DNA of 64,000 bases from Desulfomicrobium sp. (GCA_040768745.1 JAXGMI010000001.1:544001-608000), one strand, 5' to 3'; numbered from the stretch's first letter, positions 1 to 10,678 are shown. A program made the numbers and translations. Notes: generated from the letters alone by a model not told the origin.

Positions 1-477
1 GCCGCCCTGGCCGAGTACCGGCGCAGACAATTGGAAACGGGCAGGAACTTCCTGCAAGGTGAGGAGACGGACAAGGCCCGCCAGATTTTCAGGCATCTCG
101 TCGATGGGGCCCGCACCGATGCGGACCTGAAAGTCGCCATCGCCGATCTTTTCCTGCAATACGGGAAATACGACGACGCCCTGGAATATCTGATGTCGGC
201 CCATGCGGACAACCCAGAATCAGCCCATGTCTTCAACAAGCTGGGTATGCTCCTGCGCAAATCCGGACGACTCCAGGAGGCTGAAAAGTTCTATATCCAG
301 GCCCTGGAGCGCCAGACAGGGGATGAGTATATCCATTTCAATCTGGGTCGGGTCTACGTGGACATGAAGCGCTGGAAAAATGCCGTCGCCTCCGCTGACC
401 GGGCCCTGGCCATCAACCCCGACTTTGTCGAGGCAAGGAAAATGAAACTGTTCGCCACAAAGCAGATGGGGGAATAG
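1..477 (+). CDS. TPR-repeat protein, C-terminal part (5' end outside window)
   Basis: Frame +1 is open from base 1. Several TPR-like helices (VFNKLGMLLRKSGRLQEAEKFY, IHFNLGRVYVDMKRWKNA). Confidence 0.85.
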   Translation, partial: AALAEYRRRQLETGRNFLQGEETDKARQIFRHLVDGARTDADLKVAIADLFLQYGKYDDALEYLMSAHADNPESAHVFNKLGMLLRKSGRLQEAEKFYIQALERQTGDEYIHFNLGRVYVDMKRWKNAVASADRALAINPDFVEARKMKLFATKQMGE

Positions 478-625
478 CGGAAAAATTTCCTATCATTTCA
501 GTTCTATATATTCCGATAGCAACGCGCCACCAGCCCATTGCCGGGCGTCATGGCCTGTGATGAAACATCGATTTCAGGCAGGCCGTCTCCGCATATCCAA
601 CAATCCCCGCCTTTTCCTCTTCTCT

Positions 626-641
626 TGGCACGCTAGCTGCT
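626..641 (+). promoter_or_regulatory. sigma-54 (-24/-12) promoter
   Basis: TGGCACGCTAGCTGCT has exact GG-N10-GC spacing and a perfect TGGCACG box, upstream of the CDS at 896. Confidence 0.7.
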
Positions 642-895
642 TTGCTTTGGACGCCGGCAAAAAACGGACTCAGCGTGGCTCCATGGTTTTGCCTGCAGGG
701 GGAAAATGGACGTGAAAACACGTGAACGGGACTGGAGCAGATCCCGCTATCCCAGATGCAGTCCTGTTGCGAAGTCATCCTTCCTCCATCATCATCCATT
801 CTCATTCCATATTGTGCATCTCTCAGCATAGTACACTTTCATTGTAGATTCTCGCATAGAATAACGTGAATTGAAATCATTCAAGAGAATACACC

Positions 896-3800
896 ATGAA
901 CAGCATTGAAAATAGATGTTACGTTTGCGGAAATAATGATAATTTCCATACGCAAAATGGGTTCAGCTTGAGAGAGGCATGCTGTCTTGCTTGCGGAGCG
1001 AGTAGACGAACCAGCGATCTTGCCCGATGCATCATTCATGAATTCGGTGAACATGACTGCCTTTCACTTCGCCAATACATTCCATCCATACCCGAATTGA
1101 AAATCTATGAGGCCCAGGCAGATGGTGCTTTGCACAAGGTACTCATGGATCTTCCAGGGTATGTGTGCTCTGAATTCCTCGTCGGAGTAGCTCCTGGCGC
1201 CTTGTCCAAAGACGGTGTGCGATGCGAAAACCTCGAGGCGTTGACCTTCCCCGACAATTCCTTTGATCTTGTTGTCACACAGGATGTTTTTGAGCACATC
1301 GCCGAGCCGATTGTAGGGTTTCGGGAAATTGCCCGGGTGTTGCGGCCCGGCGGCAAGCATATCTTCACCGTGCCCGTTCACGAGGGACGCAAAACCGTTG
1401 TCCGGGTCGACACACAATCCGGAAAACCTGTCTTTTGTCTCCCCAAGGTGTATCACGGTGACCCCCTGCGCCCTTCAGGTTGTTTGGTCTACACGGATTT
1501 CGGGGACGACATCCCACAGATTCTTGGACCGTTGGGATATGTTACGAAATCTGTCTCCTACGAAAGATTCTACACACCATCTGAAATTCCATCCGTCATG
1601 GACGAAGCATCCTGGAAACGTTATGAAGAATTGAGAAATAACGGGGAACAACGCAAATTTTTTATGTACAACTCTGTCGTTTTTGTATCAAAAATTGAAA
1701 AGAATAAACTTCATTTTTCAGATTTTCGCATTGAATTCACGCATCATACGGATAAATATCAAATTTTAGGCACTGATGAAATTCAAAATATTGCAAAAAT
1801 GCAATGGGATATTCAATTACTACGCGGAGAAGGGATCCGCCTGCATGGCAAACAGACATTGGCAGTAGACGCCACGCTATCGTGTCATGGCAGAACAGTT
1901 GGCGTCATCATGATGACGGAAGTCCAGGCCGGCAATGAAGTCGTGTTCCGCTTTCCGACCCTTGTTGCTCAAGCCGGCGACAGCTTTGCCTTGGCTCTGG
2001 CAGGAGCCATGGCGGAAGCCCTCGGTCGATCATGCACGAACAGCGCTCTCCCTCCCCGTTTTTTGATTGATGCCGCTGGAGTCTCGCTTTCATCCGACGG
2101 ACCCGCTGAGAGGGTTCTGCCTGGCCAGTCTCCATGGGGAACTTTGCTCGCGCACATCCGGCGTTATCAGTTTGCCGAAACCATGGCTCGTGGCGTGGAG
2201 CGGGGACTCGATCTTGGCTGCGGAGTTGGCTACGGCCTGGGGCTGATGTCATGCCTGCACGGGACGGGAGTGGACGTTTCCCCTGAAGCGCTGGCCTGGG
2301 CCAGAGGTGTGTACCAGTCGGACAATCGGAATTTTGTTCATGCCCCCATCGAGGCGGCCGCTGATGCGGATGGCTTGACCGGGCGCTATGGTGTAGTAAC
2401 GGCCTTTGAGATCTTGGAGCATCTTCAGGACCATGCGCCACTCATGGACCTTGCCAGGGAACGAATGACCGATGACGGCGTGTTCATCGTGTCAGTGCCC
2501 TGTCCAGAGTTGCACGGCAAAGAGCTCAACCCGTACCACAAACGCAACTTCACCCCGGATCATTTCAAGCTCATCCTGCGCGATGCCTTCCAACAGGTCG
2601 AATTTTACCATCAAGGCCGGGACATCCACGGCGACGTGGTAGATCGCTACCACGTCCATGAAGGCCTGCCGGCTGAAGCGGAGTTTTGGCTGGCCGTGTG
2701 CCACCGACCCAGGCCACGGCGCAGGCAGCCAAAAGTGAGCATCGTCATCCCCCTCTTCAACAGGTTCGACTATACCCTGCAGGCGTTGATCGCCATCGCG
2801 AAGAACACGCCGGAAGAGGCCGACTACGAAGTCGTGCTGGTTGACAACGCCAGCTCCGATGAGACGCCCAGGGCCCTCCGGAAATTGAGCGGAGATGTCG
2901 TTCTCCATCGAAACAGTGAAAACCTGGGCTTCGCAAAGGCCTCGAACCAGGGGGCGCTGCTTGCCAGGGGCGAGTACGTGGTCTTTCTGAACAACGATAC
3001 CGAGGTGCGCCCAGGATGGCTGCAGGCGCTTGTCGAAGAACTGGACTCGAATCCAGCCGCGGGTATAGTCGGCGGCCGCCTCCTGTACCCTGATGGGACA
3101 GTACAGCACGCCGGAGTCGCCATCGGCAGAGACATGGTGCCAATCCACGTGCACCGGGGACTTCCCGCGGATCACGAACTTGTCATGGAGCGACGGACCT
3201 ACCCCATTGTGACTGCAGCCTGCGCCGCAGTCCGGCGACAGGAATTCTATGCACTGGGCATGTTTGATGAAGAATTTATCAACGGACACGAGGACATTGA
3301 CCTCTGCCTCCGATACCGCGCGCAAGGCAAAGAGGTCGTGTACCGTCCCGATTGCATGGTCATCCATCACGAAAGTGTGAGTGAAGGGCGGATGGCCTCC
3401 CGGCCGCACAACCTGGCCCGGACCATGCGAAAATGGCGTTACAGCCTCCTCCAGGATGACTTCCTGTTCTGTTGCACCGCCGCCTCGCGGGGCAACCCTG
3501 CAAAAGCATTACGGTTCGCCATAAAAATCGGACCTCCGGACAGGTCGCAAACCAATTGGGGTGATACCTACTTTGCCGAGAGCCTGGCCCGGGCCATGAT
3601 CCGCCGGGGGCATGCATGCCGGATTGACTATCTCAACGAGTGGGGCCGCGAGGATCTCGATATCGATGTCGTCATCCATTTGAAGGGCCTCTCCGAATAC
3701 CATCCCAAGCCGTACAACATGAACATCCTGTGGATGCTCAACCATCCGTCGCGGCATACGGCAGAAGAACTCTCCCGCTACGACGCAGTCCTGGTTGCGT

Positions 3801-5644
3801 CCACCACCCATGCCGATAGGCTCAAGGACGAACTGCCCGTTCCCGTGTATGCATTTCTGCAGGCCACTGATGACGAGCATTTCCGTCCCCTCCCTGAAAA
3901 GAAGTGTTTCGATCTTGTTTTTGTCGGCAACAACAGGGGAGTCGGCAGGCTGAAAATGCGCCAAATAATCGCCGACCTCCTGCCCACCACCTATTCCTTG
4001 GCCGTCTGGGGGGATGGGTGGGCAGGCCTGCTCCCGGAAGGTGTCTGGCAAGGCAAATTTGTCCCCTGGGAGGAACTCCCGCGTGTTTATGCCCAGGGAC
4101 GAGTGGTGCTCAATGATCATCAGCCGGAGATGCGCGAGTCCGGGTTCATCAATAACCGCACCTATGACGCCATTGCCTCCGGGGCCCTCGTGCTTTCCGA
4201 CTACGTCCAGGGCATGGAGGATGTGCTCCCCGTCCGCTTTTATACCAACCCAGCAGACCTCCGCCGCGCGCTGAAAGAGCTGCTCAAAAACAGAAACAAA
4301 ACGGAGAAGGCAGCTTCTGCGCTGCGGGAGAAGGTCCTCGCCTCATTCACTTTCGACCACCGGGTTGCAGAGCTTCTGGACATTGTCGAATCGAACCGGA
4401 CCGAACCGGTTGTTCAGAGAATCAAATCCTCAAAACGGCGCGCCCTGGATCCTCCGTCAGCCGAACAGCCCTTGGTGTCTGTGCTCATGAGCACCCACAA
4501 CCGCCGCGAATTTCTTCCTGCCGCCATTGCATCCGTTCAGGCCCAAACCTATCAAAACTGGGAACTCGTCCTTGTCCGCGATGGCGGCGCCCCGGTGAGT
4601 GACATTGTGCACCGGGCCAATGATGCGCGCATACGACTGATCGACATGGCAGATCGGCGAGGCAAAGGGCACGCCATCAACCGCGCCTTCCGGGAGTCCA
4701 GAGGCCAGTTCATCGCCTATCTCGATGACGACGACATCTTCCATCCCATTCATCTGGAAAAACTCCTGTTTTTTCTGAAAAATGTGCCCTCTGTCCGGAT
4801 GGTGGTTTCGAACACCGAGAAAGTGACCCTTGAGGAAAACGAGCGCGGTGAATTCCGCGAGGTCAAGCGGGAGCTTATCTATCACCGGCAAATCAATCTG
4901 GGCGACCTGCTTGAAAGGAACCAGATCACCTGGCTGTCCGTCATGCACGATCGCGGACTCTTTGCCCAGGCAGGAGGGCTGGACGAAACCCTTTCCGCAC
5001 TTCTGGATTTCGACCTGTGGCGCAGGATGGTATCCCTGACGTACCCCTACCATGTCTCCTCGACGACGGCTGAATACTACCTGCGCAAATGTCCCGCTAT
5101 CTCGGGGAGGGGACAGATCACCCGCATGGCGGAATCCGACCCGCCCAGATATCTGGCAAATCGGCTTCGAGTCCTGAGCAAGCGGCTTCCAATCCCGCAC
5201 GATTCACCCATATGGCCCACGTGGGAACGACTCAGAAATGAAGCGCGGCACGAGTTTCTGCTTGCCCGTGGCAGGAAGTTCAAAGCCGAGGGGAATCTTG
5301 CCCGGTGCAGAAGCGCGTATACGTTGGCCGCACGCCTGAAGGGCAATCCCCCAGTGGCCTGGAGGGAGCTGGGGCTGGCAGAGTTGGAGGCAGGGAACCA
5401 TCTCAAGGCCGCGACCGCCTTCATGCACTGCCTGAATGCCCCAACCGGCCGGGATGTATCTGATTATCTCTATGCGGCATTGGCCTGCCTTGAGCTGGGC
5501 AGGGGCGGCGATGCCCTGATCTGCCTGGCCCGATTGGAGGGGGAATATCGTATTAATGAAAAGGTGGGCAAGATCGTGGCTGAATACCGCAAACGTGCCG
5601 CAGGCGTGCTCAATCCCGCTATGCAACTCCGAAGAACAGCCTGA
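896..5644 (+). CDS. Multidomain protein: two SAM methyltransferases, GT2, CgeB/GT4-like glycosyltransferase, GT2, TPR
   Basis: MTase 1 (FPDNSFDLVVTQDVFEH, RVLRPGG); MTase 2 (DLGCGVGYG, FEILEHL); GT2 (VSIVIPLFN, DNASSD, FLNNDT); CgeB-like (DLVFVGN, NNRTYDAIASG); GT2 (VSVLMSTHNR, YLDDDD); C-terminal TPRs. Confidence 0.85.
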   Translation: MNSIENRCYVCGNNDNFHTQNGFSLREACCLACGASRRTSDLARCIIHEFGEHDCLSLRQYIPSIPELKIYEAQADGALHKVLMDLPGYVCSEFLVGVAPGALSKDGVRCENLEALTFPDNSFDLVVTQDVFEHIAEPIVGFREIARVLRPGGKHIFTVPVHEGRKTVVRVDTQSGKPVFCLPKVYHGDPLRPSGCLVYTDFGDDIPQILGPLGYVTKSVSYERFYTPSEIPSVMDEASWKRYEELRNNGEQRKFFMYNSVVFVSKIEKNKLHFSDFRIEFTHHTDKYQILGTDEIQNIAKMQWDIQLLRGEGIRLHGKQTLAVDATLSCHGRTVGVIMMTEVQAGNEVVFRFPTLVAQAGDSFALALAGAMAEALGRSCTNSALPPRFLIDAAGVSLSSDGPAERVLPGQSPWGTLLAHIRRYQFAETMARGVERGLDLGCGVGYGLGLMSCLHGTGVDVSPEALAWARGVYQSDNRNFVHAPIEAAADADGLTGRYGVVTAFEILEHLQDHAPLMDLARERMTDDGVFIVSVPCPELHGKELNPYHKRNFTPDHFKLILRDAFQQVEFYHQGRDIHGDVVDRYHVHEGLPAEAEFWLAVCHRPRPRRRQPKVSIVIPLFNRFDYTLQALIAIAKNTPEEADYEVVLVDNASSDETPRALRKLSGDVVLHRNSENLGFAKASNQGALLARGEYVVFLNNDTEVRPGWLQALVEELDSNPAAGIVGGRLLYPDGTVQHAGVAIGRDMVPIHVHRGLPADHELVMERRTYPIVTAACAAVRRQEFYALGMFDEEFINGHEDIDLCLRYRAQGKEVVYRPDCMVIHHESVSEGRMASRPHNLARTMRKWRYSLLQDDFLFCCTAASRGNPAKALRFAIKIGPPDRSQTNWGDTYFAESLARAMIRRGHACRIDYLNEWGREDLDIDVVIHLKGLSEYHPKPYNMNILWMLNHPSRHTAEELSRYDAVLVASTTHADRLKDELPVPVYAFLQATDDEHFRPLPEKKCFDLVFVGNNRGVGRLKMRQIIADLLPTTYSLAVWGDGWAGLLPEGVWQGKFVPWEELPRVYAQGRVVLNDHQPEMRESGFINNRTYDAIASGALVLSDYVQGMEDVLPVRFYTNPADLRRALKELLKNRNKTEKAASALREKVLASFTFDHRVAELLDIVESNRTEPVVQRIKSSKRRALDPPSAEQPLVSVLMSTHNRREFLPAAIASVQAQTYQNWELVLVRDGGAPVSDIVHRANDARIRLIDMADRRGKGHAINRAFRESRGQFIAYLDDDDIFHPIHLEKLLFFLKNVPSVRMVVSNTEKVTLEENERGEFREVKRELIYHRQINLGDLLERNQITWLSVMHDRGLFAQAGGLDETLSALLDFDLWRRMVSLTYPYHVSSTTAEYYLRKCPAISGRGQITRMAESDPPRYLANRLRVLSKRLPIPHDSPIWPTWERLRNEARHEFLLARGRKFKAEGNLARCRSAYTLAARLKGNPPVAWRELGLAELEAGNHLKAATAFMHCLNAPTGRDVSDYLYAALACLELGRGGDALICLARLEGEYRINEKVGKIVAEYRKRAAGVLNPAMQLRRTA

Positions 5645-5692
5645 TCCAGGACGTCCGGAAGGGTGCGCGGTCCGACGCTGCCCCCACGCCGC

Positions 5693-6895
5693 TCACTCGT
5701 GGCGCAAGGCGTCGATGGGGTTCAGCCCTGCGGCCCGGCGGGCCGGAAAATAGCCGAAGATGACGCCGATGGCCGCGGAAAAGAGAAAGGAAAGCAGGTT
5801 GATACCCAGATCGAAGAGATAGGGGATGTCCATCAGGCCGGCCAGGGAAATGGAGGCCGCGGTGGCCAGGGCGATGCCGACCAGACCTCCGAGACTGGAG
5901 AGGACAACGGCTTCGATCAGGAACTGCAGCAGCACTTCCCGTTCCAGGGCGCCAATGGCCAGTCGGATGCCGATTTCGCGGGTCCGCTCGGTGACCGAAA
6001 CCAGCATGATGTTCATGATGCCGATGCCGCCCACGAGCAGACTGACCGCGGCCACGGCGCCGAGGAGCATGGTCAGGATTTTGGTCGTGCTGGTCAAGGC
6101 CTCGGCGATCTGTCTGGTGTCCATGACGCGGAAATCGTCGTCTTCGTTGTCACCAATGTTGCGCCGTTCCCGCAGCAGCCGGGACAACTGGTCCTTGACC
6201 GTGTCGATGGAGGCTCCCTCCTTCACAGAAATCGTCATCCGGCCAATGTCCTGGTTCCCGGCAATGCGGCGCTGCACCGTACGCAGCGGCATGACCACCG
6301 TGTCGTCCTGGTCCTGTCCCATGGACGCCTGGCCTTTGGCTCTCAGCAGGCCGATGACCTCGCAGGAGAACTGCTTGATGCGGATCTGGCTGCCCACCGG
6401 ATTCTGACGGCCGAAAAGCTTCTCCCGCACCGTCTCGCCGATGACGCAAACGGCCTTCCCTGAACGTTCCTCGACTTCGGTAAAGTTGCGGCCCGAGGCG
6501 ATTTCCCAATTGCCAGCCTCGAAATACTCGTTCGAACTGCCGGTTACAGCCGTGGCCCAGTTGTTGGCCTGGTACACGGCAGTCGCGGACTTGCTCACAA
6601 CCGGCGCCACAGCTCTCGCGGCAGTGATCTGGTGGCGCACAGCATCGACATCGGCGATCCTGAAGGGCGCCCCCGGCACAGCCCCCGGGCCGAAGCGTTG
6701 GCCCGGCAAAACCATCAGCAGGTTGCTGCCCATGCTGGAAATCTGATCGGCCACGGACTTTGTGGCGCCGTTGCCCAGGGTGACCATGGTGATAACGGCG
6801 GCCACACCGATGACAATGCCGAGGATGGTCAGACAGGATCGCATCAGGTTGCGCCGAATGGAACGCAGGGCAAGCAGCAAAGTGTTCCAGAGCAT
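5693..6895 (-). CDS. MacB-type ABC transporter permease
   Basis: LTILGIVIGVAAVI, GGIGIMNIMLVSVTERTREIGIRLAIGA, PARRAAGLNPIDALRHE. Confidence 0.92.
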   Translation of the reverse strand: MLWNTLLLALRSIRRNLMRSCLTILGIVIGVAAVITMVTLGNGATKSVADQISSMGSNLLMVLPGQRFGPGAVPGAPFRIADVDAVRHQITAARAVAPVVSKSATAVYQANNWATAVTGSSNEYFEAGNWEIASGRNFTEVEERSGKAVCVIGETVREKLFGRQNPVGSQIRIKQFSCEVIGLLRAKGQASMGQDQDDTVVMPLRTVQRRIAGNQDIGRMTISVKEGASIDTVKDQLSRLLRERRNIGDNEDDDFRVMDTRQIAEALTSTTKILTMLLGAVAAVSLLVGGIGIMNIMLVSVTERTREIGIRLAIGALEREVLLQFLIEAVVLSSLGGLVGIALATAASISLAGLMDIPYLFDLGINLLSFLFSAAIGVIFGYFPARRAAGLNPIDALRHE

Positions 6896-7602
6896 CAGAC
6901 TCCCTCTCCATCGTTGCGGCGGTCGCTCTCCACGCGGCCGTCGACAAAGCGGATGACCCTCCTGGCATATTCAGCCATATCGGGTTCGTGGGTGACCATG
7001 AGCACGGTGATGCCCAGCTCATGGTTGAGGGTCTGAATCAAGTCCATGATGTCCTGACTGGAACGCGTGTCGAGATTTCCCGTGGGTTCGTCCGCGAGCA
7101 GCACATGGGGTCGGGTGACAATGGCGCGGGCAATGGCCACCCGCTGCTGCTGACCTCCGGACAACTCGCCCGGGGTGTGGTGCTCCCAATCTTCCAGGCC
7201 GACCTGCCTGAGCGCCGCGCGTGCCGCGGCATGGCGATGGGCTGTGGGCTGGCCACGATAAATCAGCGGCAATTCAACGTTTTCCAGCGCTGTGGTGCGC
7301 GCCAGAAGGTTGAACCCCTGGAACACGAAACCGAGATAGTTGCGCCTGAGCAGCGCCCGCCCATTGCGTGTCAACTGCTCGACCCGGATGCCCTCGAATT
7401 CGTAGCTCCCGCTGGTAGGCGTATCCAGGCAGCCAAGGATGTTCATGACTGTGGACTTGCCCGAGCCGCTGGGTCCCATGATGGCCACAAAATCACCCGC
7501 CTCGATGGCGAGGTCGATGCCCCTCAATGCCTGGAAGGCGACATTTCCGCTGCCGTAGGTCTTGGTGATACCCGACATCCGGATGAGGGCCGCATCGCTC
7601 AT
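6895..7602 (-). CDS. ABC transporter ATP-binding protein (LolD/MacB-like)
   Basis: GPSGSGKS, LSGGQQQRVAIARA, LADEPTGNLD. Confidence 0.95.
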   Translation of the reverse strand: MSDAALIRMSGITKTYGSGNVAFQALRGIDLAIEAGDFVAIMGPSGSGKSTVMNILGCLDTPTSGSYEFEGIRVEQLTRNGRALLRRNYLGFVFQGFNLLARTTALENVELPLIYRGQPTAHRHAAARAALRQVGLEDWEHHTPGELSGGQQQRVAIARAIVTRPHVLLADEPTGNLDTRSSQDIMDLIQTLNHELGITVLMVTHEPDMAEYARRVIRFVDGRVESDRRNDGEGV

Positions 7603-8894
7603 GGCTGGGCTCTCAGGGCCTCGGTGATGACCTGCATGCCGGCCTTGAGCTCCCCGTCCGTGATCTCAGTCATGCGGCCGTTGGTGGCCCCTGTCCGCAC
7701 ATCGATGGCGACGGGCTGGCTTTCCTGCAGCACCCATACGCGCGAAGCGACGCTGTTTCCGGTCACTCGGACCTTCTTTTCCTGTCTCGGCATGCGGGGC
7801 AACAGGGTGCCGACGACACTGGTGCCTGGTTTTTTTTCACCCTCATCGCCCAGGGCCGGAGTGAAACGCAGTGCAGCATTGGGGACCAGAAGGGCATCCT
7901 CCCGCGTCAGGGTGGTGATCTCGGCGGTGCCGGTCATGCCTGGACGAAGACTGAGATCAGTGTTGTCCACATCAAGCACCGTGCGGTAGGAAATCACCCC
8001 GCCCGATTCCTGGGATCCGAAGCCAACCCGGGTGATGACGGCGGTGTACTCGCGGCCGGGCCAGGCATCCACGGTGAATGTAGCGTTCTGACCCTCCTTC
8101 ACCTGCCCGACATCGGCCTCGTCCACGTCAACCTGCAGTTCCATCTTGGTCAGATCTTCGGCCAGCTTGAACAGCACCGGTGCCTGGAAGGAAGCTGCCA
8201 CGGTCTGGCCCGGATCCACCTCGCGCGACAGCACCACGCCATTGATGGGGGAACGGATGCTGGCTTTGTACAGATTGGTCTCGTCGGACTGCAGCGCGGC
8301 TTTTGCCTGAATAACGCTTGCATGCGCGCTTGCCTCATTGGCCTTGGCCCGCTTCAGGTTGGCCTCTGCCGTGTCCATCTCAGCCTTGGACGGGACCTTG
8401 CCTCCGGAAAGCTGGGAAACGTGGCGGTAACGAGCCAGCACGGCATGCACTTCGGACACGGTGGCCTGGGACTGCAACACCTGCGCCTCGGCCGCCGCAA
8501 GCAGGGCGCGCGACTTTGCCACCGTGTCCTGAAGCTTGGACAGATCCAGCCGCGCCAGCACCTGGCCCTTTGTGACTTGGTCGTTGTCATCCACAAAGAC
8601 CTTGTCGACGATTCCGGACAGTTCACTGCCAACATCCACTGTATTGGTCGGCTGCAGATTGCCGGTGGCCGAGACCCTGACCACCAGAGTGCCGCGTGCG
8701 GCGGCTTCGGTCGTGTAGCGTGGGGCCGATTTCTCGTTGCCGGAACGCAGCCACAACCAAACCGAGACCCCCACCACCATCAGCGCTCCGGCTAGCCAGA
8801 CCCATAGCCATGGGAATCGTTTGGCGGATTGGGTTTCCAGGAGGTCCTTGAGTTGCATGTCCTGCTTGGCCCGGGAAAAGTTGGCGTCATTCAT
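7599..8894 (-). CDS. MacA-type periplasmic adaptor (membrane fusion protein)
   Basis: N-terminal TM segment, VDVGSELSG, IRSPINGVV, GQTVAASFQAPVLF, LRPGMTG. Confidence 0.9.
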   Translation of the reverse strand: MNDANFSRAKQDMQLKDLLETQSAKRFPWLWVWLAGALMVVGVSVWLWLRSGNEKSAPRYTTEAAARGTLVVRVSATGNLQPTNTVDVGSELSGIVDKVFVDDNDQVTKGQVLARLDLSKLQDTVAKSRALLAAAEAQVLQSQATVSEVHAVLARYRHVSQLSGGKVPSKAEMDTAEANLKRAKANEASAHASVIQAKAALQSDETNLYKASIRSPINGVVLSREVDPGQTVAASFQAPVLFKLAEDLTKMELQVDVDEADVGQVKEGQNATFTVDAWPGREYTAVITRVGFGSQESGGVISYRTVLDVDNTDLSLRPGMTGTAEITTLTREDALLVPNAALRFTPALGDEGEKKPGTSVVGTLLPRMPRQEKKVRVTGNSVASRVWVLQESQPVAIDVRTGATNGRMTEITDGELKAGMQVITEALRAQP

Positions 8895-10341
8895 GGGATG
8901 TCCTTTCCGGCCGGGCGGCTTCGGTCTGCCACGACCATCCCCCGCCCAGCGCCTTGTACAAGCTGATGAGCGTCAGCACCCCGTCGGCACGGGCGGTGGC
9001 GAGGTTGTCCTCCACGGACAACACACTGCGCTCGGTGTCGAGCACCGATTGGAAATCAATCAATCCGCTGCTGTAGCGTTGCCGCGCCATTTCTGCGGCA
9101 TTGCGCTCAGCCTCGACGGCATTGGCCAGCGCCCTCACCCGTTCCCGGTTGCGCGCCAGGGCAACAAGGGCGTTCTCCACCTCCTCCAGTGCCTCCAGGA
9201 CGACCTGTTCGTAAGCCACCAGTGCCTGCTCCCGCACAGCGTTCTGGATTTCGACCTGACCTCGCAGGCGGCCGGCGTCAAAGATGGGCGCCGAGATGCC
9301 GGCAAGAAGCGACGACGTGCCTGTCCCGCTGCTTCCGAGAGCGCCCAGGGACAGCGCTTCGAATCCGATGGTTCCGGAAAGATTGAAAGCTGGATAGCGC
9401 GCTGCCTCGGCAGCGCCGATCCTGGCGGTTTCCGCTGCCAATGTGCGCTCAGCCGCACGCACGTCGGGCCGCTGGCGCAGGATGTCCGCCGGAATGCCAA
9501 CCGCGATCCCCTCGGGCACGGCCGGGAGATCCCCTGACGGAGTGAGCCGGGCCTGCAGCGTCCCGGGAGTCTGCCCTAAAAGGACATCCAGCCGATGTCC
9601 CGCCTCGGCCAGGCTGGTTTCCAGGTTGGGTATCTGCGCCCTGGTCTGCTCCAGGTTGCCGCGGGCCTGCTCAACGTCCTGACTGCTGACTAAGCCGGCC
9701 TGGGCGCGCCATTCGGTGAGCTGAAGCGTCTCCGACTGGGTGGCAAGATTTTCCCGGGCAATGCGCAGGCGAAGCTGCACGGTGCGGAAGTCCATGTAGT
9801 TCCGGCCCACTTCGGCTGTCAGGGTAACCTGCGCGTCGTGCAAACGGGCTATGGACGATTCGAAGGAGGCCCCGGCAGCCTCGACGCTGCGCCGTACCCC
9901 GCCGAAGAGATCAAGCTCCCAGGCTGCATCGAATCCCGCGTTGAACAGCTCACGCGTGGTTCCACTGCCAACTTCCTTGCTCGACTGGCTGCGCCTGGCA
10001 TTGCCGGATGCGGCCAGGTTGGGAAAGAATTCAGACACAGCCACTCCCCGGCGGGCCCTGGCTTCCCATAACTTGGCCTGTGCGCTGCGCACATCCGGGC
10101 TGTTCAGCAAGGCCTCCTCCACCAATGCGATGAGCAGGGGATCGTCCAGGTTTTCCCACCACTGGCTGATGTCTGCCACCGGATCAGGATGCGTCACAGG
10201 ACGGGCAGACGTATCGAGGTTGGTCCACCCTGCTGGTGGGGCCATTGCCGGAGGAGTGTAGTCAGGACCCACTGCAGCGCAAGACGCAAGGATGACGAGG
10301 CAAAGCAGGAAGAACGCACGAGAGAGAATGATCACATGCAT
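8887..10341 (-). CDS. Outer-membrane efflux lipoprotein (NodT/OprM/TolC family)
   Basis: Lipobox LASC followed by AVGPDY, WELDLFGG, RPDVRAAE, LYKALGGGW. Confidence 0.92.
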   Translation of the reverse strand: MHVIILSRAFFLLCLVILASCAAVGPDYTPPAMAPPAGWTNLDTSARPVTHPDPVADISQWWENLDDPLLIALVEEALLNSPDVRSAQAKLWEARARRGVAVSEFFPNLAASGNARRSQSSKEVGSGTTRELFNAGFDAAWELDLFGGVRRSVEAAGASFESSIARLHDAQVTLTAEVGRNYMDFRTVQLRLRIARENLATQSETLQLTEWRAQAGLVSSQDVEQARGNLEQTRAQIPNLETSLAEAGHRLDVLLGQTPGTLQARLTPSGDLPAVPEGIAVGIPADILRQRPDVRAAERTLAAETARIGAAEAARYPAFNLSGTIGFEALSLGALGSSGTGTSSLLAGISAPIFDAGRLRGQVEIQNAVREQALVAYEQVVLEALEEVENALVALARNRERVRALANAVEAERNAAEMARQRYSSGLIDFQSVLDTERSVLSVEDNLATARADGVLTLISLYKALGGGWSWQTEAARPERTSHE

Positions 10342-10592
10342 GTCGATTCGCCCCCGCGTGTCTTGCGGTCCTGGCAGGACGCTCCAGAATCATATGAAAT
10401 ACACTGCTTCACATTCTCCTCAAATGCCACAAGACTTGCCACGATGGGGATTCCCAGACGTTGTGCCCTTGTGCGCGACAACGCCGCAGTCTGCCTGCCC
10501 AGCCGTTGCGCAGGGAGGCTGCCGGTCTTTCCTCTTCAATGCATGAAAGAGGCCGCGTGTTCCGAAGTGCATCACCTGGCGAATTCCCGGAC

Positions 10593-10617
10593 AAAAAAAG
10601 GCATCCCGAAGGATGCC
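10593..10617 (-). terminator. Rho-independent terminator of the PilZ gene
   Basis: Minus strand reads GGCATCC-TTCG-GGATGCC followed by T7. Confidence 0.8.
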
Positions 10618-10678
10618 ACCATTGACCAAGAACAAAATACACGGGCATGATTGTCTGATTGCGCAGTGAAATGCGAAA

